Below, one piece after another: positions 1 through 7,839 of a stretch of 34,553 nt of DNA. This DNA comes from Cypionkella sp. (lineage in GTDB: Bacteria; Pseudomonadota; Alphaproteobacteria; Rhodobacterales; Rhodobacteraceae). The notes under the pieces are model-generated. The model worked only from the letters and a program-made list of their open reading frames with translations, did not search any database and had not been told where the DNA came from. Made by a program: the position numbers and the translations under genes. Location of the stretch: assembly GCA_044231405.1 (NCBI GenBank), contig JBIHZO010000001.1:1-34553 (forward strand), in the 5' to 3' direction. How positions within the stretch are numbered: position 1 is the first letter of the stretch; every line of letters begins with the position of its first letter.

Positions 1-344
1 TGCCCGCCCCGGTGCTGACCTTTGGCACGCTGGAGGATGACAAGGGCCTGAACGGTGAGGCAGGCGTGCTGCGGCTGGCGATACCGGTGTTGCCCGGTGA
101 TGCGGGCGGCCCAGTGGTGGATGCCAACGGCGCCGTGGTGGGGATGCTGCTGCCGGGTGCTGCGAATGGTGCCAAGCTTCTGCCCGATGGCGTGGCCTTT
201 GCCGCCACAGCGCAGGCGCTGACACAGGCCTTGGCAGCGGCTGGAGTTGTGACATCGGCTCCTTCAACCACCGGCCTCGCCACGCCAGATGCCCTGAACG
301 CGCAGGCCTTGGGCATGACCGTGCTGGTGTCCTGCTGGGAGTAA
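1..344 (+). CDS. C-terminal end of a trypsin-like serine peptidase-domain protein (5' end outside window)
   Basis: Frame is open from the window start (PAPVLTFGTL...). LPGDAGGPVVDANGAVVGML matches the trypsin_2 GDSGGP-x-x-D-x-x-G-x-VVG segment, with Ala at the nucleophile position. Confidence 0.75.
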   Translation, partial: PAPVLTFGTLEDDKGLNGEAGVLRLAIPVLPGDAGGPVVDANGAVVGMLLPGAANGAKLLPDGVAFAATAQALTQALAAAGVVTSAPSTTGLATPDALNAQALGMTVLVSCWE

Positions 345-355
345 AACTGGCGGGT

Positions 356-1804
356 TTACGCCCGCCAGAACCGGGGCAACAGCACCACCAGAATGGCCAG
401 TAGCCCCAAACGGCCCAAGATCATCGCCAGCGACATCACCCAAATCGCGGCATCGGGAAAATCGACAAAGGTTCCGGTGCGCGCCACCATGGGGCCAAAG
501 CCGTAGCCGATGTTGCCAAGCGAGGTCCAGATCGCCCAGATCGCGGAATACATATCCACCCCCATCAGGGTCAGCATCACCGACATCAACCCCATCAGCA
601 GAATGTAACCGCTGATGAACAGGATCAGACCGTTGATCACGTCTTCTTCGACATTGCGGCCATCGTATTTCACCGGGATCACCCGGCTGGGCATGGCGAT
701 CTGACGCACGGCAGCGGCCAGCGCCGATCCGGCGACCTGAACGCGAAAAACACTCAACCCCGCCGCAGAGGATCCCGAACAGGCCCCGATCACCCCGATG
801 ACAAAGGCCACCACCAGCATGTAACCGCCCCAAGAGGCAAAGCTGCCAGAGAAGAACCCGGTCGAAGACATGATCGACACCAGATTGAACAGCGCCTCGC
901 GGAAGGCGTCTTCCAACTCCATCTCCGAGGTCAGCACCCGCCACAGCGTCACCGACCCCACCGCATAGGCGATCCAGCGCAGATAGGCCCGCACCTGACT
1001 GTCACGCCACAGCGGTTTCGCCTGACCGTTCACCAGTTGCACATACCGGATATAGGGCAGGCTGCCCAAGATCATGAACAGCGCGCCCGCGTATTCCATG
1101 GCACCGGGGTATTTCGCAAAAGACATATCCGAATTGGAAAAGCCCCCGGTGGCGATGGTGGCCATGCCGTTCACAACCGCAGACAACTCGTCCATACCCA
1201 GCGCAAGATAGGTGGCACCGCAGATCACGGTCAGGCCGAAATACACGATCACCAACTGCCGCGCGATGTCGGTGGCGCGGGGCAAAGCCTTGCCGAAAGT
1301 GTCGAACCCCTCGGTCTTGAAATATTGCATGCCGCCAACCCGCATCACCGGCAGGAAGATCATCGCCACAAAAGCAATGCCCAAGCCGCCGAAGCTGTTC
1401 AGCATCGCACGCCACAGGTTCATGCCGGGCGGCAGGGTGTCGAGTCCCACGATGACGGTGGAGCCTGTGGTGGTGAAACCGGATGTCGCCTCAAAATAGG
1501 CATCGGTGAACGACAGATGCGGCTCTCCCAACATCAAGGGCAAGCCGCCAAAAACCGGGATAAAGCCCCAGATCGCCGCCGTCAGCAAATAGGCTTGCCG
1601 CAACGACAACCCCTGCCCCAGCGCGTTGGTGGTGGCGATGGACAACAGTGCGCCAATGCCACCGGTCAGAATCGCGCTTTCCAGAAAGTCGGTGCCATTG
1701 GCAAGGCCGGCGCGATGGTCAATGACCGCAGGTGCCAGCATCAAAATGGCCAGCACGATCAGGATACGCCCGACCACATAGACGATGGGTCTAAGGTCTA
1801 TCAT
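356..1804 (-). CDS. trkH: TrkH-family potassium uptake membrane protein
   Basis: 482 aa polytopic protein with four pore-loop motifs (FEATSGFTTTGST, ATGGFS, SSTGF, SLGNIG) and a C-terminal GRL. Confidence 0.93.
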   Translation of the reverse strand: MIDLRPIVYVVGRILIVLAILMLAPAVIDHRAGLANGTDFLESAILTGGIGALLSIATTNALGQGLSLRQAYLLTAAIWGFIPVFGGLPLMLGEPHLSFTDAYFEATSGFTTTGSTVIVGLDTLPPGMNLWRAMLNSFGGLGIAFVAMIFLPVMRVGGMQYFKTEGFDTFGKALPRATDIARQLVIVYFGLTVICGATYLALGMDELSAVVNGMATIATGGFSNSDMSFAKYPGAMEYAGALFMILGSLPYIRYVQLVNGQAKPLWRDSQVRAYLRWIAYAVGSVTLWRVLTSEMELEDAFREALFNLVSIMSSTGFFSGSFASWGGYMLVVAFVIGVIGACSGSSAAGLSVFRVQVAGSALAAAVRQIAMPSRVIPVKYDGRNVEEDVINGLILFISGYILLMGLMSVMLTLMGVDMYSAIWAIWTSLGNIGYGFGPMVARTGTFVDFPDAAIWVMSLAMILGRLGLLAILVVLLPRFWRA

Positions 1805-1812
1805 GGTTGTCG

Positions 1813-1841
1813 CAGATAGCGCCGCGAAGGGCTTGCGTCAA
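1813..1841 (-). promoter_or_regulatory. Putative sigma70 promoter of trkH
   Basis: Minus strand TTGACG-N17-TATCTG, ending 8 nt before the ATG. No Shine-Dalgarno visible. Confidence 0.55.
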
Positions 1842-1870
1842 TTCCGCGTTGTGATCTGACCTGCAGAAGG

Positions 1871-1930
1871 CGGGGGTTTCACACCCCCGCGCTCCGCTTC
1901 CCCCGTGGGATATTTTCAGACAGATGAAAA
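1871..1930 (+). repeat. Intergenic palindromic repeat, copy 1 (variant)
   Basis: CGGGGGTTTCACACCCCCG...CCCCGTGGGATATTTTCAGACAGATGAAA, matching the copies at 5523 and 25230 apart from a longer middle segment and a small variation. Confidence 0.9.
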
Positions 1931-1952
1931 ATGCCAGACAAGTTTCAGGTGC

Positions 1953-3038
1953 TTAACCAACGTGGTAAAGGCTGGCGAACAGCTTCGGGTCCAGTGAGTC
2001 CGCCGCAAAGGTGGCGCCTTCTGTCAGCACCGACACCGCGTCATGGCTGTGCAGACTTTCCTGATGAGAGGCCACGATCCGGAAATCACCGATGCGCGGG
2101 TCGTCCTGCAGGGCGGCGCAGAAGCTGCGCGCGGCGTCCTCGACAAAGATCGGGTTGGCGGCATTCAACTCGGCAAAAGCCTGTTCATCCTCGCGCTTGA
2201 CCATCACCTGGGTTTCGGTCGGCACGGCTTGGCGGGCCAGTTCGATCAGGTCCTCAAACCACAAACAGTCGTTGCCGACCGCTTCCACCGAGATCCGCGC
2301 CACGGAACGCTGAGAATGCGGCGTGGCCAACTGACCACGGGTGCGGCGCGCGTGTTCGGCCAATTCAAGGCTGCAAGGACAGGTGCTGGAGTAAACGAAA
2401 TCCAAATGCATCAGGCGTTTGCGCACGCCGCCTTTGTCGACCAGCTCCAGTGCGATGTCATAATACTGCCAACCCGACAGGCCCGAGCGCAACGATTCAA
2501 CCTTCACCGGAAACGAGAATCGCATCTGAATGCGGGCGTCGAAACTGCCCAGATCCTTCAGATAATCTTCCAGCGCGTGTTCAATCACACCAAAGCTGAA
2601 ATCCCGTTCGGCATGGGCATAAAATGACCGCATGATGCGGCTCATGTTGATGCCTTTTTTCTCGGCCTCAAGCGACACTGTGCCTGTCACGCTGGTTTCC
2701 AGCGACACCGGGCCATTGTCACGGGTGCGGTAATTGATGGGCAGGCGGAAGTTGGAAATCCCGACATGCTGGATCACCTGTTTTGCGCCCACGATCAGGC
2801 TGGCAGGGCCGTTCTGCAGATCAGGCAGGCTGTCCTTGTAGGCGTCTGTCACGGCGAAGTCGGTCGGATAGTCGCGCGACAACATCGGGTAGCCCGCCAG
2901 AAGCGCGCCCGCATTCGGGTCCAGTGCCACAATCTCGGCATCTGTGGCGCGGTTGGCCCATTGCCGCAAGGTCGCCAAGGCCGCCTCGGCCTCGGCCCGG
3001 CCTGGCGATTGTAGCATGTCCGGCATATGAATGTTCAT
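1953..3038 (-). CDS. folE2: GTP cyclohydrolase IB (FolE2)
   Basis: Motifs LPDLQ, KGINMSR, STCPCS, PHSQRS, FVEDAAR, ESLHSHDA. Start placed at MNIHMPD (3038), downstream of the promoter motifs. Confidence 0.95.
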   Translation of the reverse strand: MNIHMPDMLQSPGRAEAEAALATLRQWANRATDAEIVALDPNAGALLAGYPMLSRDYPTDFAVTDAYKDSLPDLQNGPASLIVGAKQVIQHVGISNFRLPINYRTRDNGPVSLETSVTGTVSLEAEKKGINMSRIMRSFYAHAERDFSFGVIEHALEDYLKDLGSFDARIQMRFSFPVKVESLRSGLSGWQYYDIALELVDKGGVRKRLMHLDFVYSSTCPCSLELAEHARRTRGQLATPHSQRSVARISVEAVGNDCLWFEDLIELARQAVPTETQVMVKREDEQAFAELNAANPIFVEDAARSFCAALQDDPRIGDFRIVASHQESLHSHDAVSVLTEGATFAADSLDPKLFASLYHVG

Positions 3039-3072
3039 CGTTCGCGTTCCCCACATCGGTCGCAGGCTTGAT

Positions 3073-3101
3073 ATATAGAGCATTTCCGCCCCACCCCCAA
3101 G
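3073..3101 (-). promoter_or_regulatory. Putative sigma70/RpoH-type promoter of folE2
   Basis: Minus strand CTTGGGG...CTATAT, with 16 nt between the TTGGGG and CTATAT hexamers. Confidence 0.4.
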
Positions 3102-3114
3102 CCTGTCCGAAGTA

Positions 3115-3141
3115 TTACGCAGCAAAGACGACATTGGATTG
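3115..3141 (-). promoter_or_regulatory. Putative RpoE (sigmaE-ChrR, ECF11) promoter of folE2
   Basis: Minus strand CAATCC-N15-GCGTAA, compared with the Rhodobacter sigmaE consensus TGATCC-N15-GCGTA as I recall it. Confidence 0.55.
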
Positions 3142-3149
3142 ACACTCAG

Positions 3150-3172
3150 ACCGGTTTTTCGCGAAAGCCGGT
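3150..3172 (-). terminator. Hairpin immediately downstream of metZ
   Basis: Inverted repeat ACCGG...CCGGT with internal TTTCGCGAAA. No clear U-tract. Confidence 0.4.
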
Positions 3173-4354
3173 TCAGATTGCCGACAACGCGGTGTGAAGA
3201 TCAGTGATCAGATCGCCCACATCCTCCAGCCCCACCGACAATCGGATCAGGCCCGGAGTGATGCCCAACGCGTCTTTTTGCGGTTGCGGCAGGCGTTGGT
3301 GCGTGGTGGTGGCAGGGTGGGTCGCGATGGATTTCGCATCGCCAAGGTTGTTGGAAATCTTGATGATGTCCAAGGCGTTGCAGAATTTGAACGCCGCCTC
3401 TTTGCCGCCCTTGATGTCAAATGTCACCAAGGTGCCGCCCGACCCCATCTGCTCCATGGCAAGGCCGTGCTGCGGGTGGCTGGCAAGGCCGGGGTAAATC
3501 ACCTTTGACACCCGGTCATCCGCCGACAGCGCCTGCGCAATGGTCAGCGCCCCATCTGCCATCGCCCGGCAACGCAGATCCAGCGTGGCCATGCCGTTCA
3601 GCATGATCCACGCGGTGAAGGGGCTCATCGCGGCCCCGGTGTGTTTCAGGTAGGGCTCCGCCACTTTGCGGATGAAATCGCGGGTGCCGCAGATCACGCC
3701 GCCCAGCGCGCGGCCCTGGCCGTCGATGTGCTTGGTGGTGGAATAAACCACCACATCCGCGCCCTGTTCGACCGCACGGCTGAACACCGGGGTTGCAAAG
3801 ACGTTGTCCACGATCACCAGCGCGCCCGCGGCATGGGCGATGTCGGACACCGCGCGGATGTCGACCAGTTCCAGCGTCGGGTTGGACATGCTCTCAAAAA
3901 ACACCGCCTTGGTGCCGGGAGTGCAGGCCGCGCGCCATTGGTCCAGATCGGTGCCATCGACAAAGGTGACATGGACACCGTAACGGGTCAGCACCTCTTC
4001 GAGGATGTAAAGACACGAGCCGAACAGCGCCTTGGAAGACACCACATGATCGCCCGCACGCAGCATCGACACCAGTGCGCCGTTGACCGCCGCCATGCCG
4101 CTTGCGGTGGCGAAAGCGTCTTCGGTGCCTTCCAAAGCAGCAATGCGGTCTTCGAACATCCGGGTGGTGGGATTGCCGTAACGGGCATAGATGAACTCAT
4201 CCTCCCCCGCCTTGATGAAACGCTCTTCGGCGGATTCAGCGCTCGGATAGACAAAGCCCTGGGTCAGGAAAATCGCCTCGGCCATCTCGCCATACTGGCT
4301 GCGGCGGCTGCCCTCATGCACCAGTTTGGTGCGCGTTTTCCACTTGTCGCTCAT
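3173..4354 (-). CDS. metZ: O-succinylhomoserine sulfhydrylase
   Basis: Cys/Met PLP enzyme motifs YARYGNPT, ASGMAA, VDNVFATP, YSTTKHIDGQGR, SNNLGDAKS, IRLSVGLE. Start MSDKW has an AGGA RBS and an upstream SAM riboswitch. Confidence 0.95.
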   Translation of the reverse strand: MSDKWKTRTKLVHEGSRRSQYGEMAEAIFLTQGFVYPSAESAEERFIKAGEDEFIYARYGNPTTRMFEDRIAALEGTEDAFATASGMAAVNGALVSMLRAGDHVVSSKALFGSCLYILEEVLTRYGVHVTFVDGTDLDQWRAACTPGTKAVFFESMSNPTLELVDIRAVSDIAHAAGALVIVDNVFATPVFSRAVEQGADVVVYSTTKHIDGQGRALGGVICGTRDFIRKVAEPYLKHTGAAMSPFTAWIMLNGMATLDLRCRAMADGALTIAQALSADDRVSKVIYPGLASHPQHGLAMEQMGSGGTLVTFDIKGGKEAAFKFCNALDIIKISNNLGDAKSIATHPATTTHQRLPQPQKDALGITPGLIRLSVGLEDVGDLITDLHTALSAI

Positions 4355-4385
4355 GTTCCTGCCCCATGCGGCCCTTTGGCCATAG

Positions 4386-4414
4386 AAAAACCCCGAAACC
4401 AAAGGGTTCCGGGG
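4386..4414 (-). terminator. Intrinsic terminator in the metZ leader
   Basis: Minus strand CCCCGGAACC-CTTT-GGTTTCGGGG-TTTTT, a 10-bp stem plus U-tract. Confidence 0.8.
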
Positions 4415-4431
4415 TCGCGAAGAACCCTGAC

Positions 4432-4488
4432 CCTCTTTAGCGGTTTGTTTAACGTGGCCCGCAATCCGGTAACAAAGCGCCACAACCC
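4432..4488 (-). ncRNA. SAM-II (SAM_alpha) riboswitch
   Basis: Minus strand GTGGCGCTTTGTTACCGGATTGCGGGCCACGTTAAACAAACCGCTAAAGAGG matches the SAM_alpha pattern (GUGG...GCCAC, UUAAACAA, CGCUAAA) and lies upstream of a Met biosynthesis gene. Confidence 0.88.
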
Positions 4489-4512
4489 GGGTGGTAACGT
4501 GCAGCCGGAGCC

Positions 4513-4564
4513 CTGTCAACATGGGCGTCACAGGCGCGTCACGCTGCTGTAACAGCGTGTTCAT
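4513..4564 (+). promoter_or_regulatory. Pho-box-like direct repeat array
   Basis: CTGTCAA(4513), GCGTCAC(4525), GCGTCAC(4536), CTGTAAC(4547), TGTTCAT(4558), mostly 11-bp phased, upstream of the CDS at 4604. Confidence 0.55.
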
Positions 4565-4603
4565 GACGCAGCGCGACATTGGGCCAACCGGAAGGAGCGC
4601 CCG

Positions 4604-5500
4604 ATGCCAAGCAGCAAAGCCCCGTTTCGGGTGGACATGACGCGCCAAGGCCTGCGATTTGACCGCGCAGACTTGGGTGCTGCGCTGGCTGCCCTGCCCA
4701 AGGGGACGCCGGTTGTGGTGATGATCCACGGCTACCGCTTTGCCCCCGATGTGACCGGGAACTGTCCGCACCAACACATCTTTTCGCTGCAGCCACCGCA
4801 GGGCGACTTTACCGCGCTCAGTTGGCCTCGCCATCTGGGAACGGTGGGGCTGATGATCGGATTCGGCTGGCCAGCGCGGGGCGGCTTGATCGGAGCCAGT
4901 TTTCGGGCACGGGCGGCGGGCCGGGGTCTGGCGGAACTGGCGCGTTTTATCCGGGCGGCAGATCCGGGACGGCCGCTGCATGTCATCGCGCATTCGCTGG
5001 GCGCGCGGGTGGCGCTGGCGGCATTGCACCATGCAACCGCGGGGGATTTCGGGCGCCTGATCCTGCTGGCCGCGGCCGAAACCCGGGGACCAGCGCGGCG
5101 CGCCATGGCAAGTGCCGCCGGGCGTGCGGCGCAGGTGTTCAACATCACCACCCGAGAGAATGATCTGTTTGATTTCCTGTATGAATGGCTGGCGGGGGCT
5201 GGGCTGGACACCGCCATCGGCCAAGGGCTGCGGCAGAACATGGCGAATTGGCTGGATGTGCAGATCGACCAGCCTGCCACCTTGGAAGCGCTGGCGTGGC
5301 TGGGGCATCGCTTGCCGCCCGCACCCGCCCGCATCTGCCACTGGTCGCCCTATCTGCGCCCCGGGGCTTTTGGGCTGTATCGCGCGATACTGGACGGCAG
5401 CGTCTTGTTGCCGATGCTGCGTGCGGGCCTGCCGATGCGCGCCGATCCACGCTGGTCGCGGCTGTGGCCTTGGCGGTGGCGGGTCGCGCGCGCCATCTGA
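4604..5500 (+). CDS. Alpha/beta-fold hydrolase (lipase/esterase-like, DUF900-like)
   Basis: VVMIHGY oxyanion segment, F-G-WP, AHSLGARV nucleophile elbow, END and CHWSPY segments. AAGGAG RBS. Confidence 0.8.
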   Translation: MPSSKAPFRVDMTRQGLRFDRADLGAALAALPKGTPVVVMIHGYRFAPDVTGNCPHQHIFSLQPPQGDFTALSWPRHLGTVGLMIGFGWPARGGLIGASFRARAAGRGLAELARFIRAADPGRPLHVIAHSLGARVALAALHHATAGDFGRLILLAAAETRGPARRAMASAAGRAAQVFNITTRENDLFDFLYEWLAGAGLDTAIGQGLRQNMANWLDVQIDQPATLEALAWLGHRLPPAPARICHWSPYLRPGAFGLYRAILDGSVLLPMLRAGLPMRADPRWSRLWPWRWRVARAI

Positions 5501-5522
5501 GGCCTTACGGCATCGAGGTCGC

Positions 5523-5573
5523 CGGGGGTTTCACACCCCCGAACCCCCGTGGGGTATTTTCAGACAGATGAAA
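5523..5573 (+). repeat. Intergenic palindromic repeat, copy 2
   Basis: 51 nt identical to 25230-25280, lying between convergent genes. Confidence 0.92.
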
Positions 5574-5596
5574 GATTAGAGACAAGTTTTACAGAT

Positions 5597-6226
5597 TTAG
5601 GCATGCGCGCCGGTTTCGATCCCGTCCTGAACGGTCCGCACCAAGGCAGCCATGACCACATGCGACAGCAAGGGCAGCAGGCCGAAGTACAAAAGCCAGG
5701 TGGTCTGCGAGGCGTGGATGATCATGGTTTCGTTCATCAGAACCATCGACAGATGATAGATCGCCATCACCCGCGTCAGGGTGAAATCAGCGGCGCGCAT
5801 CTGCGGATCGGGCCAATGAAACCGCACCATCGCGCTGCGTCCAGTGATCACGTCGATGGTATAAAGTGCGGCGATCAATAGGAAATACAGGCTCAGAAAG
5901 CGTTGACAGACGGTTGGGTCGGACAGAGCAATCAGCGCCGCCACAATCCCCGGCCCGGTCAGCAGCATCACCAGAACCGTGCGGCGCGGCGACAGAACCT
6001 GACGGGCTTTGCGGATATCATCCTCGGCGCGCAGGGCAAAGCGCAGGGCCATGGCGGCAATGAATGCCACCATGAAAGCCGCGCGCGGGTCGTCAAGCCC
6101 CACCCGCAACAGCGGCCAAGCCACCATGATCATCAACCCGGGCAGCAAGATATCCAGTGGGACCGGCGCTGCGCGACGGAACATCCGAATGAAATTGTGC
6201 AGGCTGGTTGACAGGTCTGTCAGCAT
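5597..6226 (-). CDS. Hypothetical multi-pass membrane protein, distantly YciB/IspZ-like
   Basis: AAAGGAG RBS before MLTDLS and about 6 hydrophobic segments. C-terminal LTRVMAIYHLSMVLMNE...TTW resembles LTRRLCAFFFGLAVANE...EAW in the adjacent YciB. Confidence 0.7.
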   Translation of the reverse strand: MLTDLSTSLHNFIRMFRRAAPVPLDILLPGLMIMVAWPLLRVGLDDPRAAFMVAFIAAMALRFALRAEDDIRKARQVLSPRRTVLVMLLTGPGIVAALIALSDPTVCQRFLSLYFLLIAALYTIDVITGRSAMVRFHWPDPQMRAADFTLTRVMAIYHLSMVLMNETMIIHASQTTWLLYFGLLPLLSHVVMAALVRTVQDGIETGAHA

Positions 6227-6337
6227 TTGGCGCTCCTTTGGTGCTGGGACAAGATTTCGCCACAGCCGGGCGCAGGTGCGGCGCAATTGCGTCAAACTTG
6301 GGTCAAACCGGTACCAAGCGGAAACACACTGTCCGCG

Positions 6338-6937
6338 TTACTCGCTGGGCGGTGTTGGCAAGGCGAAGCGTTCGATCACCTTGGCTTGCGTCATGAAGAA
6401 CAAGAACAACGCAGCCGTCAGGCCGAAGGTCTTGAAGTTCACCCAAGCCTCGGTGCTGAACAGACGCCAGACCAGTTCATTTGCCACCGCAAGCCCGAAG
6501 AAGAACGCGCACAGCCGACGGGTCAGGATCATCCAGCCTTCGGTCTCCAGTGGCAGCGCCTCTTCCATCACCAGCTTCAGATAAGACTGCCCGCGCCACA
6601 AGCCAAAGCCCAGCACCCCACCAAAGGCCAGATACAGCAGTGTCGGCTTCATCTTGATGAACCGCTCGTCGTTCAGCCACACCGACAGGCCGCCCATCAC
6701 CACCACCAGAACCAGCGTCATGATCTGCATCTTGGACAGCGCGCCGGTCAGCCGCCACAGAATGAAGGTGGTGGCCGCAATCACCGCCACGAACACCGCG
6801 GTCATCACGATGAAGCCCGAATACTCGCCGCCAAGGATCTGGAACGTCCGGTCCTTGAAGAACCGGAAGCCCGCGAAGAACAGCACGATCGGCCCCAGTT
6901 CCAGCGCCAGTTTCAACATCGGATTGATCTTTTTCAC
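6338..6937 (-). CDS. yciB: Inner-membrane protein YciB (intracellular septation protein A)
   Basis: Motifs LELGPIVLFF, NDERFIKMKPT, W..LT, NELVWR, WVNFKTFG. GTG start is inferred just after the EamA stop. Confidence 0.93.
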   Translation of the reverse strand: MKKINPMLKLALELGPIVLFFAGFRFFKDRTFQILGGEYSGFIVMTAVFVAVIAATTFILWRLTGALSKMQIMTLVLVVVMGGLSVWLNDERFIKMKPTLLYLAFGGVLGFGLWRGQSYLKLVMEEALPLETEGWMILTRRLCAFFFGLAVANELVWRLFSTEAWVNFKTFGLTAALFLFFMTQAKVIERFALPTPPSE

Positions 6938-6939
6938 AG

Positions 6940-7839
6940 CTACCCGCCCCATTCCATCACCACAGCGCCAAGTGCGATCAGGCCCATCAGCCCCGCCCGC
7001 ACCGCGCCCACCTTCTCGCCCAGAACCAGCCATCCGATCAAGGCCGCAAATACAGTCGAGGTTTCGCGCAAAACCGCCGCCTCGCCCACACGGTCCAGTC
7101 TTGTGGCCATCATGATGGCACCGAAACTGAAATAGGCGACGAAGCCCCCCAATACACCCCTTTTCAGCAAAGGAACCAGATCAGCGCGCGCAACTGTGAT
7201 CCAGCGCCGCCATGTCACCACCGGGATGAACACGCCGTCGATCATGAAAAACCACGCCAGAAAGGTGAACGGGTCGGCAGTGGCGCGGATGCCCCAGGCG
7301 TCATAGGTCGTGTAAGCCGCCACCAGAGCGCCCGTCGCAAAGGCAAAGCCCAGCGCCGGGATCAGCGTCTCGCGATTCTCGGTCAGGTGCCGCAGGTTAT
7401 AGGCGGCAAGCCCAAGGATGCCCGCCACCAGCAGACCGACGCCGCCCCACTGCATCGGCGCATAGACCTCGCCGAACACCAGACCTGCGCCGATAACGGT
7501 GAACAAAGGCCCGGTGCCACGCACCACGGGGTAAACCACCGTATAGGCCCCGCGGGTGTAGGTCATCGCTTGCAGCACTTTATAGATGGCGTGGATGACG
7601 AAGGCCCCGGCAAAGATCGGCCACATATGCGGCTCCGGCCAAGGCACCACGAACAGCGCAAAGGGGGCGGCGATGATGCCATAGCTGGCGTCAATCGCGG
7701 CGCGCGACAGCCATGGATCGTGCCGCCCCTTCTGCAGCGCCCCGAACAGCGCGTGCAGAACGGCGGCCATCAGCGCCAGACCCAGCGCCAGATCAGCCCC
7801 CTGCGGCGTGCCCGCGATGGAGATCAGCCAGGCACTCAT
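6940..7839 (-). CDS. EamA/DMT family transporter
   Basis: About 10 TM segments, with YPVVRGTGP and AAVLRETSTVFAALIG...LGE motifs. Confidence 0.9.
   Translation of the reverse strand: MSAWLISIAGTPQGADLALGLALMAAVLHALFGALQKGRHDPWLSRAAIDASYGIIAAPFALFVVPWPEPHMWPIFAGAFVIHAIYKVLQAMTYTRGAYTVVYPVVRGTGPLFTVIGAGLVFGEVYAPMQWGGVGLLVAGILGLAAYNLRHLTENRETLIPALGFAFATGALVAAYTTYDAWGIRATADPFTFLAWFFMIDGVFIPVVTWRRWITVARADLVPLLKRGVLGGFVAYFSFGAIMMATRLDRVGEAAVLRETSTVFAALIGWLVLGEKVGAVRAGLMGLIALGAVVMEWGG

Noticed and set aside
3173-5341. 722-aa ORF suggesting a large N-terminal fusion to MetZ
   Set aside because: The extension is antisense to the hydrolase and runs through the riboswitch and terminator. The real start is 4354.
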